Assembly (NCBI GenBank): GCA_051294375.1
Contig: CM119271.1
Span: forward strand, 9,563,308 to 9,627,307
Length of the DNA stretch: 64,000 nt
Direction of reading: 5' to 3'
Source of the DNA: Paraspadella gotoi
Lineage: Eukaryota; Animalia; Chaetognatha
Shown here: piece by piece, positions 1-38,500 of the stretch
Numbering within the stretch: position 1 is the first letter of the stretch
How the letters are laid out: every line of letters starts with the position of its first letter
Program-made: the position numbers and the translations under genes
The notes under the pieces: generated by a model
What the model saw: the letters and a program-made list of their open reading frames with translations, nothing else
Told to the model about the DNA's origin: nothing
Database searches by the model: none

Positions 1-73
1 TTGCGTTTTGAAACGAAACGTAACAAAAACAACAACCCCCCCACCACCCCTACAACCCACCTCCCCGCTTCAC

Positions 74-1727
74 CTATAATCCAACTTTCCATCCCGATTG
101 GCGTCCGCCCCGGCGAACAACCTCTCCACTTTCAGCCTTCGTCATCTTCTCCCCTCGAGTCGTCAAGAGTTCTCGTCAACTCGTCCAGGGTGACGAGCCG
201 TCCCGGTTGACGTCGACGCGTTGGAGGCGCGGAGGAGATCCTCTCTCGTTGGCGGGCGGTTCCTGGCGAGGATGTCGCAGACTTCCTTGAAGGTCATGGA
301 GGAGCGGGCGCGTCAGAGGGCCAGTATCTTTGGATGTTGATTTGGAAATTGATATAAAGTATAAAACTAACTGACAAGTGGAGTATCGATTGAGAATTTG
401 GAATGCGTTAATAAATCTCAATGATGAGCTAGGGTAGTCTTGTATACTGGACACTAATGATTAAGTCTGCCTCATTCCCAAGATTTGATTGAAAGATGTA
501 TGAAATTGGTACAAACCCAAATATAAAATTATCCATTCATTTAATAAATAAGCTATCTTGCCCTGACTTTTGGACAGTGCTTTGGTGGTTTAATGGCCCT
601 CCATCACTCTTACAAGATAATGACACAGCAGGTCCCTGCAAGCTTTCAATCAAGACTCTCTCACAGTCTCGTTATTCACTCCCAGAGTGCCTGGCTTCCT
701 ATCAATGAAGTGGTATAATATTCAAAGAATGTTTCAATTGTATGAAAGATGTTATATTACAGTCATGTGCAAAAAAATCGCGCCACTTTATTTCAGACTT
801 TAAAAATCACCCTATATACTTGATTTTTAAAAAAGATTTTAAATGTGAATTAAAATTTATAAAAAGATGATAAATTTGGCATAAACTTTATTTAAATCTG
901 GCTATCCATTTAGGAGCAGTGATTTCTAGTACTTTACTGCAAAGCGAAACGTGAAAAAATCTGATAGATTTAAGGCTAATCTTTTTTTCTTTGATATTTT
1001 TTATTCTTTGTAGTATATAAAAAATTTAAAAAAAATTATATTAGACATCCGAAGGGATTGCTAGATTGCCCCAGATTCCTAAATAATAATCTTAAGGTTA
1101 TTGAAACATACGAGGAAAGACAGATCCACATCTGAAGCTTTTAAATAAGTCTATTTTCCCCATTTGGTTTTAAAACATTCAATTTTAAAAAATCATATCT
1201 CAAAAACCACATGACCAATTGTAATAAAATTTTGACACAGCGATTCCTTTTTTAAAAAGAATTATTTTTCTTACATAATTTTTAAAAATGTTTTTATAGA
1301 ACGTCTGGATTTTAAAGTCATAAATAACGTGAGTATACATATATCGTAACCTAACATATCTTGTCCAAATCGCTTGAACCAAAAATTCCTAAATCTATCG
1401 TCCTCAATCAAAATGAAACTGAGACACCGGGACCAACGAAGACGCTTCTTCTCATCCCAATCGTGCATCAACTCCATAACTCCTCTTTTGTTCCAATCTC
1501 CCTCACTTCTGTATCGTCCTGCTGCTGGGATTCCTCCCCGCCTGCTGCAGCACCAACATCAGCTCTTTGCTGTCCTGCAGCTCGTCGTCCAGGGACGCCG
1601 CGACGCCGAGGTAAGCGGCGCGCGATTCGCGAACGAACTCTGTCTCGCACGGCGCCGAGAGTGACGCCGAGGCGTCGGAGACTCGACGCGACGCCGCCGA
1701 ATCGGCGCGAGAGGCGCGGGACGTCAT
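74..1727 (-). CDS. EFCAB7: EF-hand calcium-binding domain protein 7, 5' part (exons ~1727-1507 and ~327-74; continues beyond window start); exon 2 has several 1-nt indels
   Basis: Exon 1 reads ESRAAYLGVAASLDDELQDSKELMLVLQQAGRNPSSRTIQK, matching the EFCAB7 motif CRAAYL...LQHAGRNPSQKTINK as recalled. Exon 2, across frameshifts, gives YWP..MTFKEVCDIL..VDVNRDG..TRGEKMT..ADANRDGKLDY (EF-hands). GT/AG boundaries present. Confidence 0.85.
467..760. repeat. Dispersed ~290-bp repeat, family A (inverted copy at ~19030-19270; partial copies ~14935, ~26920-26990, ~29410-29490, ~57575-57640)
   Basis: Shared strings such as aataagctatcttgccc, caagctttcaatc and ctcccagagt are found as reverse complements at 19030-19270. 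Confidence 0.85.
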
Positions 1728-2048
1728 GGAGTGGGCGTGGCGACCGACTTGCGGCTTTGGTGTGGCTTCGTTCGATTGATTGAGTTTTGTTTGTATTATT
1801 TACTTTTATTATTATTTAGACGGTTGAAACAATGATAGTTTGAAAAATCTCGTCATTATTATTTCAAATTAAATTTTACGCATATATACTTATTTGCGTT
1901 GTAAAACCATAATTTCGATCGAAATATTGTTTAGTTCAGCAATTTTTAAATATTTAGTTTAACACTTTTCGTTCCAGTAATATATTTCAAATTTACTGCC
2001 TTTCGGACGCAGAGGCGAGTTAATTTTTTCCTTGCGAGAGCTTCGACG

Positions 2049-2062
2049 GTTTCCATGACAAC
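2049..2062. promoter_or_regulatory. RFX X-box motif upstream of EFCAB7
   Basis: GTTTCCATGACAAC fits GTHNYY-AT-RRNAAC exactly, ~320 bp upstream of the ATG of a ciliary gene. Confidence 0.6.
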
Positions 2063-2453
2063 GAACGACTCTTCTATTCCATTTTAAAAACAAAAGTCTC
2101 CGCGAATTCTCGGCCGGATAACAAAAGGTAAGTGCCTCCTATCACTGGCGCGCTTACTCTCGGACGATCTCGCTTTGCCAACAGCGGAAGGAAGTCGTTA
2201 GGACTGTGGAAGGAACGCAATGCAACGTTCAGTTCTATGATTTCATTTTCATGTCTTTGGACAAAGCTCGAGACAAACGAAAAGTAATATCAACTTTACT
2301 AATTAGTCGCAAACAAATAAATAAAAATCACCAACTAAATACATAGTATTTTTATTTCTACTTAGTTATGCTTGGCAATCGTCTAAATAAATTTTTTTAC
2401 AACCACTTAAAAAACACAAGCTTCTTTGTTCAAGGTCATATAATTGTTTAACT

Positions 2454-4601
<2,148 letters not shown>

Positions 4602-5140
4602 TTCCGCAGCTGAAAGTGAAAATTAAAATTAAAACAAGCAAAGTATGGTAAGTTTAGTTTTAATAAGTAAGATTTTGGTAAAATTAAAATAAGTGAAAAC
4701 GAGTTATGTGCAAGAAGGATAATACTAATTAAAGATTTTAAGATTATTTTTTAAACTTTTATTGTTTGACTTACTGATTGGAGATTTTGTACATAAAAAG
4801 TAAAAAAAACTTAAAAAGGTAAAAAAGTTATGTACATGTATACATTTATGTAATATTGGGTCGAACTAAAATTAAACAAATTAACAAAACGGAAAGAGGA
4901 AAGTAAACAACATTGAAAGCCAGTAAAATTTAAAGAGATTTATTGATTAATTAAATAATTAATTATCTGATCAACTGCTTACCGCTTATGATTGCGGGGA
5001 TATCCGGCATTGTTTGCTCAAACTTATTCTTTCTTCTTTTCGATTTGGATAAAAAAATTGAATCGAGTTTCCAAAAATTGTTTATTTTTTTATTATTTTT
5101 ATTTTTTCTTGAGATGCGTTAAGTTTTTATAGTTAGATAT

Positions 5141-5334
5141 TGAGGCGACTTACGATCGGTCGCTCAACGCCCGGACCAGCTTGACCTGACAGTCTTCTCG
5201 GTCCTATTACTTTGTACGGCCAGTGTAAGGTCATTGCCAAAGCGAGGGCAAAGTGACCGAGGGGACTGACCGGCACAGATAAAGAGGAGAGAGGAAGGGT
5301 TTAGAGAGAGAGAGACCGATCGTTAGTCGCTTCA
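5141..5334. other. 194-bp element with nested inverted repeats (MITE or structured RNA), flanked by ATAT
   Basis: Outer arms atattgaggcgacttacgatcggtc / gaccgatcgttagtcgcttcaatat; inner 14-bp stem 5190-5203 with 5255-5268. Confidence 0.55.
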
Positions 5335-5391
5335 ATATTATGCTTAATATTTTTAACATAATTTTTTTCATCTTTTTAAAGGTGAAAGCCA

Positions 5392-5500
5392 TATTGTGAT
5401 ATTCCTTTCGTTTAGTTGTGTTTTAGTATTTAGCGAAAACAAAGTTTGAATTTGAACTACAAAAATCGTTGTAGTACAAATTCAAACTTTGTTTTCGCTA
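5392..5500. mobile_element. Truncated palindromic member of the hammerhead-bearing short-element family (no ribozyme core retained)
   Basis: Palindrome ttagcgaaaacaaagtttg...caaactttgttttcgctaa homologous to 16624-16775; flanking direct repeat aaaggtgaa(a/c)gcca at 5378-5391 and 5501-5514. Confidence 0.7.
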
Positions 5501-6761
5501 AAAGGTGAACGCCAAAGAAAATATTGACTTCTCCTACTGACGCAACAGTATTGTTCAGTGAGTTGCCCCGCTCTGGAAATCACGGTTATAGTTATAGTTT
5601 AGTTTAGCCGCCTTGTTTGTTTATAATGATTTTTTTCTGGAAAATTAAAAGATTTGCGAACTTGACTGTATATTCTTTAAAAAAATAGTTTTTAAATACT
5701 CCCCCAAAAAAAAGAGAATACAAATAAACTCAATCAGCTCGTTTTATTTTGGTTAATTGGGATTAATTTATATTTATATTTATCTATGTATCTATTACCT
5801 ACGATGTTATACTGATAAAGAAACGAAAAAAGAACCAGATTTTCGATGATATTAACTGGTAGTAGAAAAAAAATGTTTAAACACTTTGTCAATAAAGAAA
5901 CTTAACTTTTTTAAACTTGGTAAATAATTTTAAACTTAATTAAGTTTTGGGGTCATAGAATTTAAACAAAAATAACCGTTTTCTCTCATTTTAAAAAGTT
6001 CTTTTTCAAAAATCGTTAAACTCCAGGGATCAAGAGTCCCTCGGCAGATAATCTTTGAACATCTTTAGTAATTTCCCTTTTTACTCTATCTTTCTTCATT
6101 CTTCATTATTCATTCTTTATTTCCTATTTTTTCATTCTTATTTTTTATTTCTTCATTCTTCATTCTCGCTTCTTTTGCCCTGAAGTTGAACTTCTAAACG
6201 AAGGTAGCTACTGTAAGGAAATTTAATGTAAATTCTGAAACATTCCAATTTTTTAAAAATCAAACAAATTTTCGAGTAGATATCCTCTAATAAACATGTG
6301 ATATACTTTTTGCCTAGATGGTTCCAGGCTCAATCCGAATCTATGCATATTTACAGCCTTAGCTGACGCCCCAACCTCAGCGGTGCTGTCGCTTACGATA
6401 TAAAATAAATATTACTTGCCGCTGAAGCCCTTTACCGAGTGTAAATTCTATTTTGAAGACCATATTTTAAATCAAATTTATATCAATTTTTCCTTGCACA
6501 TCACTGATTGACTGAATTTAATTTTAAATGTGTTTTACTTTTAAAATATTCAGAGAATGTTTAAATTGTAAAATAACTACGTAAAGAAAAAATATAAAAC
6601 CTACTTTTGATATGAAATAAAGGGCAAATATTATTCAAGCGATTACATTTTAATTTTTTTATCAAATCAGTTAAACAAAAAAAAAGAGTATAATGTCGCA
6701 GTAACGCATTAAGCAACTTAAGATAATAGGAATCAAAACCAAACTTATTGAGCGCAAAAAT

Positions 6762-6834
6762 TGACGTCGTGACGTTGATGCTGTGACATCGTGACGTTGA
6801 TGCTGTGACGTCGTGACGTTGATGCAGTGACGTC
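6762..6834. repeat. 22-bp tandem repeat, ~3.3 copies
   Basis: Unit tgacgtcgtgacgttgatgctg repeated. Confidence 0.85.
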
Positions 6835-6965
6835 TGTGAGTGTGAGGATTCGAGTTTCAATCACGATCGAGGATTTGATGACACCGTTGTCGATGTCACT
6901 CTTTCACACACTGTGAATTTGCTTCACAGACGTTTCGACTACCGAGAAAGGGCGCTTTGAACGTT

Positions 6966-31195
<24,230 letters not shown>

Positions 31196-31283
31196 TTTGC
31201 TTTTTTATTTATTTTTATTTATTTTCTTTTTTTGGTAAGGGTTACATTTATGAGAAATATTTTTTAAAGATTTTTCAAACTTG

Positions 31284-32362
31284 TGTAGTGAGGGCCGAGA
31301 ATTCTAGCTGGCACTCCTCTCTCTTAATGACTGTCAGATGATGATTAGTGATAATCACGGTATTTTATCACGGAGTATTTATATCACAAAGAATCATGTG
31401 AATATCAGTGAACATCAAAGAACATCAAAAACAAGAACTACTCAGCAATGGCTTTTATTACTTTGAGTGAGGAAAGGTTAGAAACTCTATTGGCTGAAAA
31501 ATAGGTAAGTACAAATAGATTAGATTGAGCAGACAACTATTCGGCGTCTCTCATTGGTGGGAAATTAGTTTTAGAGAGAGAGAGAGTCATCTCTTTCTTT
31601 TGATATACATAAATATCACAATTAACAAATCAAAATGTTCGAAAGTCACTAAAATAAAATTCAATTTCAATAATGTAGAGTGCCGGGAATTCTAGCTTGC
31701 ACTCTTGTGTTTTAACGACTGGCAGAGTGATTACTGATTAGTGATAATCTCGGATTTTGACAGTAAGTTTATTTCAAGAACAGGAACGCAATTTAAACAG
31801 GATTGGATCACAAGAAGAAGAAGAACTCCGGAACTATTCTACAATAACTCTTAAACTTTTGCTGAGTTAAGTCTAGAAACTCTATTGGTTGAAAATTACA
31901 AGTTAAAATAGATTTGACTGAGCAGACGACGATTTGGGGAGTGGGCCACAAATCGACGTCTCTCATTGGTGGGAAATTAGTTATTAGTTATTAGTTATAA
32001 ATTATTTTACTTTCATTGGAGCATAATGCAGCCGTTGAGATGCCGTCTGTAGAGGGGCCGGATATTCTAGCTTGCACTCCTCTCTTTTAGTGACTTAGCA
32101 GCGTGTTTTAGTGATATCACGGATTTTGGTGACAAGTTTATTTGAACAGAAATCACAAGAACAACAATTAAAACCTTCTTCTTATTCTTCTCCTTATATC
32201 TATTCTACAATTTCTTTTATACTTTTAGTTGAAACAGTCTACAAAGACTATTGGCTGATAACTATAAGTTACAATGTACATTGAATGAGCAGACGACGAT
32301 TTGGGGGGTTGGGCCCCAAATCGCCGTCTCCCATTGGACGATAATTACTGACATTTTTTTAC
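31284..32362 (-). mobile_element. Three adjacent ~300-380-bp solo-LTR-like repeats (left ends 31284, 31674, 32048); fourth partial copy at ~34339-34530
   Basis: Each begins TGTAG..GCCG..ATTCTAGCT(T/G)GCACTC and shares ctattgg and gagcagac blocks; the minus strand shows CCAAT, TATAAAAG (copies 3, 4) and AATAAA-like signals in LTR order. Confidence 0.65.
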
Positions 32363-32499
32363 ACCAATCAGATACCTCTGCCTCTGGTGGCCAGCTCAGA
32401 AACGAGTGTTTATGACTTTTTTCTTTACGAGTTTTTACGACGACAATAATGGGTGAGAGAGAGAGAAAGAGAGAGAGAAAGGGTTTACCCTTTACACGT

Positions 32500-33110
32500 C
32501 CCTTGTTGCTAGCTAGTACCGGTAACTACTTTCTAGTTTCTCTCAAGATTTACTTATGAGAAAATTAAGTGGAAAACTTTGTAGACAAATTCGTTTATTT
32601 CTTTTATCAAATTGTAGACAAATTATTTATTTACAAAAGTTTTTGGTTCTTAATAGTTTGTGATAATAGTTCTGAATTCTTTCGCTCCTTTTTTACATTA
32701 CATTACTTTACATCCTGAGGCTCAGAGCTCAGTCCCTTTTATACTAGTGAACCGGGAGAGGGGAGTCGCGATCGCCCAACCTTCCTGATTGGGTGACGGT
32801 CGCGTCAGGGACGCGGCCGTCCGCCAATCACCTTCTTGCCGCGCCCGGGGTGTCTGGAATCACGCCCCTTGTCCAGATGTCCGACGACAACAACGACAAC
32901 AAGAATTCCGTCTCCCTGTCTACGGCGTTTTTAATGAGCCTCAGTTGTCAAAGATCTCAAAGAGAGAGAGAGAGAGATAGACAGAAAATTTGAGCGGGAG
33001 AGATAAATGGAGAGAGAGAGAGACTAAAATTTCGAAAATAACCAGAGAGGGAAGACGAGAGGAAGAAATTTTTAAGGAGACGATGACGAGGAAGGTGGCG
33101 AATTCCTACA
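32500..33110 (-). mobile_element. LTR (left end uncertain) related to the 44287-44979 family, with adjacent polypurine tract
   Basis: Shares gattgg..gacggtcgcgtcag.gacgcggccgtcc..caatca block; minus strand GAGGGGGTGGGT-TGTAGGAA at 33122-33103. Confidence 0.6.
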
Positions 33111-34789
33111 ACCCACCCCCTCAAAAATGAGAAGATGACAAACATCTTCGACCGTCTTTTCACCTTTGGACCCTCGCTTAGTGTCGATTTTATATACGAA
33201 CTCCGACAAGTGAGCGTGATACTTAAATTAATAATTTCGATGATTGAAATATTGAAACTTTTTTGGAAATGAAAACGTTCAGTTTATTATACTTGTGAAA
33301 TATTTTGCCTCGCCTCCTACATTTTAACCTCTTTTTCTCTCTCTCTCTCTCGTTTACGTTTTTGGTTCTATCTGAGTTATATTTGACCTATCGGTCTGAT
33401 ATCTTTGTTTGGTTACCTCAAAATTGACAGAGAGAGAAACTACGTTTTTAGTTTTACTTTGGACTCAATTAAAACGTTTCGCTCATTCTGATTACAGTTT
33501 TACGGGACTTTTTTTATATACTTGATTTGGACACCTTTTCGCGTCTTAATATTCATCAGAATTCGACTCGATATTCAGCAAAAGATTCAAGTATTCATGT
33601 AGAAAAGATCCTTCCTCACTCTACAAGGAATGGGCGACGTCTCGAACGCGCGACTCCGCGGGCGTGAAGGAGAAACACCTTCACAGTAAAACTGTATCAC
33701 CGCTTTGCGGAATCGACGTTTATTCAAAGAAACCCCAAAGTTAAGGAGTAATAAGGAGTAATAAAAATGACCTGGTTTTAATTAGAGCCGTAATAATAAA
33801 AAAAATGACATGGTATCAATCGTTTCATTAATTAAAAAAAAAAAACAACGAAAGATCGCGTTACCGTCGCCCAGTGCAAGATAATTATATAGTATATATA
33901 TATTGTATAATATATACAGGCTGTACAGAAAATAATTGTATTCAAAACGAATAATGGCAATAGTGACTTATCGCCTTCCAGCTTGATACGAGATTTTAAA
34001 TAATTTGTTTCAACAACTCTAATAACGTAGCATGACTCAAAAATAGAGTAATAATTCGGCTTTAGTGTAATAATAATATTATGTAGAAAAAATGACTTGT
34101 TTGACTTTTGACTTTTGATTTTAATTAGATTTTTTTTTTTTTTTAGCAATTGCACATTTGAACTTGATCACTACCCTAGGTGCTCTGGTTGGCACCACCC
34201 ACAATATGCAACTAACTGGCTGGGCGCACCTACATGAGCGTATTCATAAAGCATGCACACTGTCCATGAAGTTCCAAATAAATTTACTCATATGAGAATA
34301 TTAAGGGAACTGTTGATTTGTCTAGCCAACGATATTAATGTAGAGGGCCGAATATTCTAGCTGGCACTCCTCTCTTTTAGTGACTATCAGAGTGTTTAGT
34401 GACAATCACGAATCTTTGTGATGAGTTTATTTGAACAGGAACGCAATCACAGGAATCACAGGAATCAGACCAACAACAACTCTCTAAGATCCATTCTACA
34501 ATTACTTTTATACTTTTGGCTGAATATGTCAAAATAATCGAAAATCACAGGAATAAAATTCTAGTTCAATAACGTAATCTCAATTAAATTGTTGATAAAC
34601 AAGCATAAATTGATAAACACAATAGTTCAAGACAAATTTTGAAATACAAAAAAAAGGCAAGTAAATATCAAGTAAATCAGTCGCTTACATATTGCATTTA
34701 CTATTCGCAATACAATTTACTATGGGATTTTTTAAGACTTTAGTAGAACCAAATTCTGATAGTTGATTCCAAACCTTTTTTCATAATAT

Positions 34790-34931
34790 TTTTAGCAGAT
34801 TCGAAAACAAAAGTTTTAGTATTTTTTACAACGATTTTTTTTACAAAGTATTGGACATGTTTCGATTCTTGTTTTTCGAGTCTTCATCAGCATTTGAAGA
34901 CTCGAAAAACAAGAGTCGAAACATGTCCAAT
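34790..34931 (-). mobile_element. Hammerhead-family element with inverted duplication, abutting an LTR
   Basis: Minus strand CTGATGA-AGACTC-GAAAAACAA-GAATC-GAAA-CATG-TC (34890-34854); palindrome 34850-34931. Confidence 0.75.
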
Positions 34932-35503
34932 TGTAGCATCATTGCAGCACTGTAGCATCATTGCAGCAAAGGGACAACTGTCGCCTAAAGTTGCTTTACG
35001 GGTTCTTTGGTTCTGGTGACTCCACTGGCTCGCTAATCAATTCTTCTCTCTTGCTCGTCCTTCTTTCTTTCGTTTAAATCGTGAATAAATAATAAGAAGG
35101 TTTGGTTCAACAAAAATAGGATGGCAGAAATAGTTTATTTTCTTTACAAGTGTTAAAGAACACTTCACAAAATTATATGAAGGCAAAAATAATGGAGACT
35201 AAAAATATATTATTATAAGGTTCTCTCTGATGCTTCAGAGTTGTTGCTTTATATTTTGCTCATGTGGAGGGGGTCGAGAATCGCCCCAAGTCTCCCGATT
35301 GGCGGACGGTCGCGTCAGTGACGCGGCCGTCCCCCAATCAGCTCCTTACATGTTGTCCGACGCGCGGCAACGCCTCTCTCAAAGTCCACATTTTTGTACG
35401 TCATCGACAACAACGACAACAAGAATCCGACGCCTTTCTTAATTTCAATTTTATGGTCTTAAACGTCAAGATGCTAAGAGAGAGAGAGAGAAGACAGAAA
35501 ATA

Positions 35504-38500
35504 GAGAAAAACATTCGTTCGGGCGAGCGGGGATAAGATTCCGATTTTCATGCTTTTTTTTGTCAGGACCAGTTTTCCATCAGAAAACAAATAAAATATT
35601 ATAATGTGGTTATATTACGAAAAGCGGGGCGTCTTGGGAAGCCCGGCCGGGAGCAATTTTAAAATTCGGTCATCTTGATATGGTACGTTGGAACCCAAAG
35701 TGGACTGGTTTTTACGGAGTTTTAGATTCCGTAACTTGGACTTACTCGTTCTCCTAGACTATACTAAATACATGGGTATGGTTACACAGTCAGATAGACT
35801 CTTGTCTTGGCTAAGACAGGGTATCTTTTTTTTCTTTAAATTTACCAAGCTTGGCTTGTTTAATTTAACAATCCAATTAACTGGTTTTTCGGGCTTATTT
35901 TCCAACGTATCGCCGTCCTTAACTATTTCTTTAAAATTGACCAAGAGATCAATTTGTGCGTTGTCATTTGTTTCCCGGTGGAGCAATCGTGGCGCAATCG
36001 TGTTTTTAAATGAAATACAATTAAATCCCCGACTTTTTCTCGCTCTGGGATTCTTTATACAGCCCTGAATGCGCATAACTTACGTTACCGGGAGACGACA
36101 AGAACCAACCGGAAAGCCATGGCACTTCGGTCGGCCAGCCGCGGTTCACGAATCAGAGGTTTTGTTGACTCGCGTGTTTATAAACATTATTCCCGCTCGA
36201 TTTTTTTTCTCTTTTTACGAAAATTATAATTAATAAATAGATTTTATGTTAAATATGTACATTTATTATTATTTTTTTTAAAAAATTTGACTGTTTGGTA
36301 AACTGTGGCGTTTTGACCAGGAGTCAAGACTACTCTGCGGCGCAAAAAAAGTAGCTACTTATTTCACACCGAGAAAAACTATATTGGATGGCCGATATTT
36401 CACCAAGATATAGAAACATAAAAAAAAAGCTTATTGAAAGATGAAGCGATTGGTCAAGTCCTATTAAATTAAGCAAAGCGTTTTTAAGTTATAGGACGTC
36501 AAAGTTGATTGGTACAAAAAATCTTATGAGAACAAATTAATTTTAGTCAAGAGAGTTTTTTCCCTATTATTAAATATTTATAATATGAAATTAGTTAAAC
36601 AAAGTCAGCATCAAATATCTGTAGGGGGCATTCCTGGAGATTAATGGTAAAACGAAGAGCAAGGTTTTTTCTAAGGGGACCAGTGCTAAAAATGGTATCA
36701 AAGGAATTTGAATTGTGATAGTCATTAATTTTTTTTATTAAAAAAGTATTGAAAAAATTTGGCTTTTTTGGAAGCTTATGGTTTAGGGTAAGTTAAGGTT
36801 AGGGGTAAATTAGGGATAGAGGTAAGTTAGGGTTAGGGGTAAGTTAGGTTAAAGGTAAGTAGGGTTAAGTGAAAGTTAGAGGTAGGGGTAAGTTTGGGTT
36901 AAGGGTAAATTTGGGTTGAAGTAAGGGGTAATTAGAGTTAAATTTAAAATTATGTTTTGGCTTAAAAATATAATAATTAAATATTTAAAAATATTTTTCA
37001 TATAATAAATTTAAAAAAATTAATAATAAAATTTACAATATCAGTTTTTATTAAGATTATAATGATCATTTAATAATTTGGAGAGAGAGATATATAAAGA
37101 TTAAAATTGCCTCTCTATTTTTTTTTTCAAAGTTAGTATCCAAATATTTTATTAAAACTGGTTGATAAGGTTAAAAAAATAAGAACCAAAACATATCCAA
37201 ATTATTAAATGATATTGTAATTTCAAATAATTATTATTTTTGTAAATATTTATCAAAAAAAATATCTTGTTACGGTTTTAAATTTTTTCAGTAAAAAAAC
37301 GAATTTTTTTTTCCTTTTCGTTTTGTTATAAGCCTCCAGAATGTATTCAAGCTCCGGAATTGCTAAAAATTTTTTATCTATGGAAGCAAAAATAAAAATT
37401 TAATATTGTAAAAAAATTATAATTAAGTAATTATATAATATCTTATTTTATAAATAAAATATTTTTAGAAATATTAAAATTTTATTTTTTTTATAAAAAT
37501 AAAATATTATATAATCTTAAGTAAAAATATTTTTGTATAATATTAAATTTTTATTTTGCTTCCAATAAGTAGGGTAGCCGCACTCAATGGGGTGAAGTCA
37601 AAAATTTAAAAGTGAGTACATGCCTCAAACGAATATTTAGACATTTTAAGAATACTTTCAATGGACAAAAATTTTTAATATGGCTCTATACCCTAGTAAT
37701 TAATTTTTTAATATTTATTTATAGATAAGGAAAGGCCAAAAAATTTTTTTGAATTTTTAAATTTTAAAACCAGATCAGATAGGCTCATAAAAAGTTGTCT
37801 ATAAACAATAGTTGATTTCTTTTTTAAATATTTTTACGATAAGTGTGTCAAAAATAAGAAAAACTAGAAAAATCATCATCATCATCATCTTTCGATGATT
37901 TTATCAGTTTTTTTTATATTTCACTAAGAAAACGTAAGAATTTTTAAAGCTGTAATATATTTCTTGTTTAACTTTTTATGGCTTTATCAGAATCCATCAA
38001 AAAATTTTGAGATTTTAAAAAAATATTTTTTGCTCTATATAGTAATATAATATTTTTAATTAGGCGAGTACCCTCAGAAGAAAGGCATTTTTGACAAAAA
38101 ATATTTTAATACCATAATCTATGGTCATGATAGATTATTTTAACGCTGGTATACATTAGCATTTAAATTTCATCGGCTATGGCTACCATAAGATAAAATA
38201 AAAATTTATTTCTTTACTGAAAAAAATTTAAGACCGTAATAACAATGATATTATTATTTTTGATAAATATTATAAAAAATAGTTATTTGTAATTACAATG
38301 ATCATTTAAAGTAATTCGGATATGTTTGGTTTATAATTTTTTAACTTTTATTAAATGACTAATTATAATCATAAATAAAAACTCTGTTACTTTATAAATA
38401 TTATCATTATATTTTGTATAAATTTATAATATTTAAATATTATTTTTTGAAATATTAAATTATTATATATTTAAGCTAAAACTTAATTTTAAATTTAATT

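Noticed and set aside
136-292. Plus-strand exon reading at the window start
   Set aside because: All + frames hit stops; the minus strand gives EFCAB7 EF-hand motifs.
32379-32393. CTCF-like motif (TGGCCACCAGAGGCA on -)
   Set aside because: Single imperfect match inside repeat-derived DNA; unsupported without binding data.
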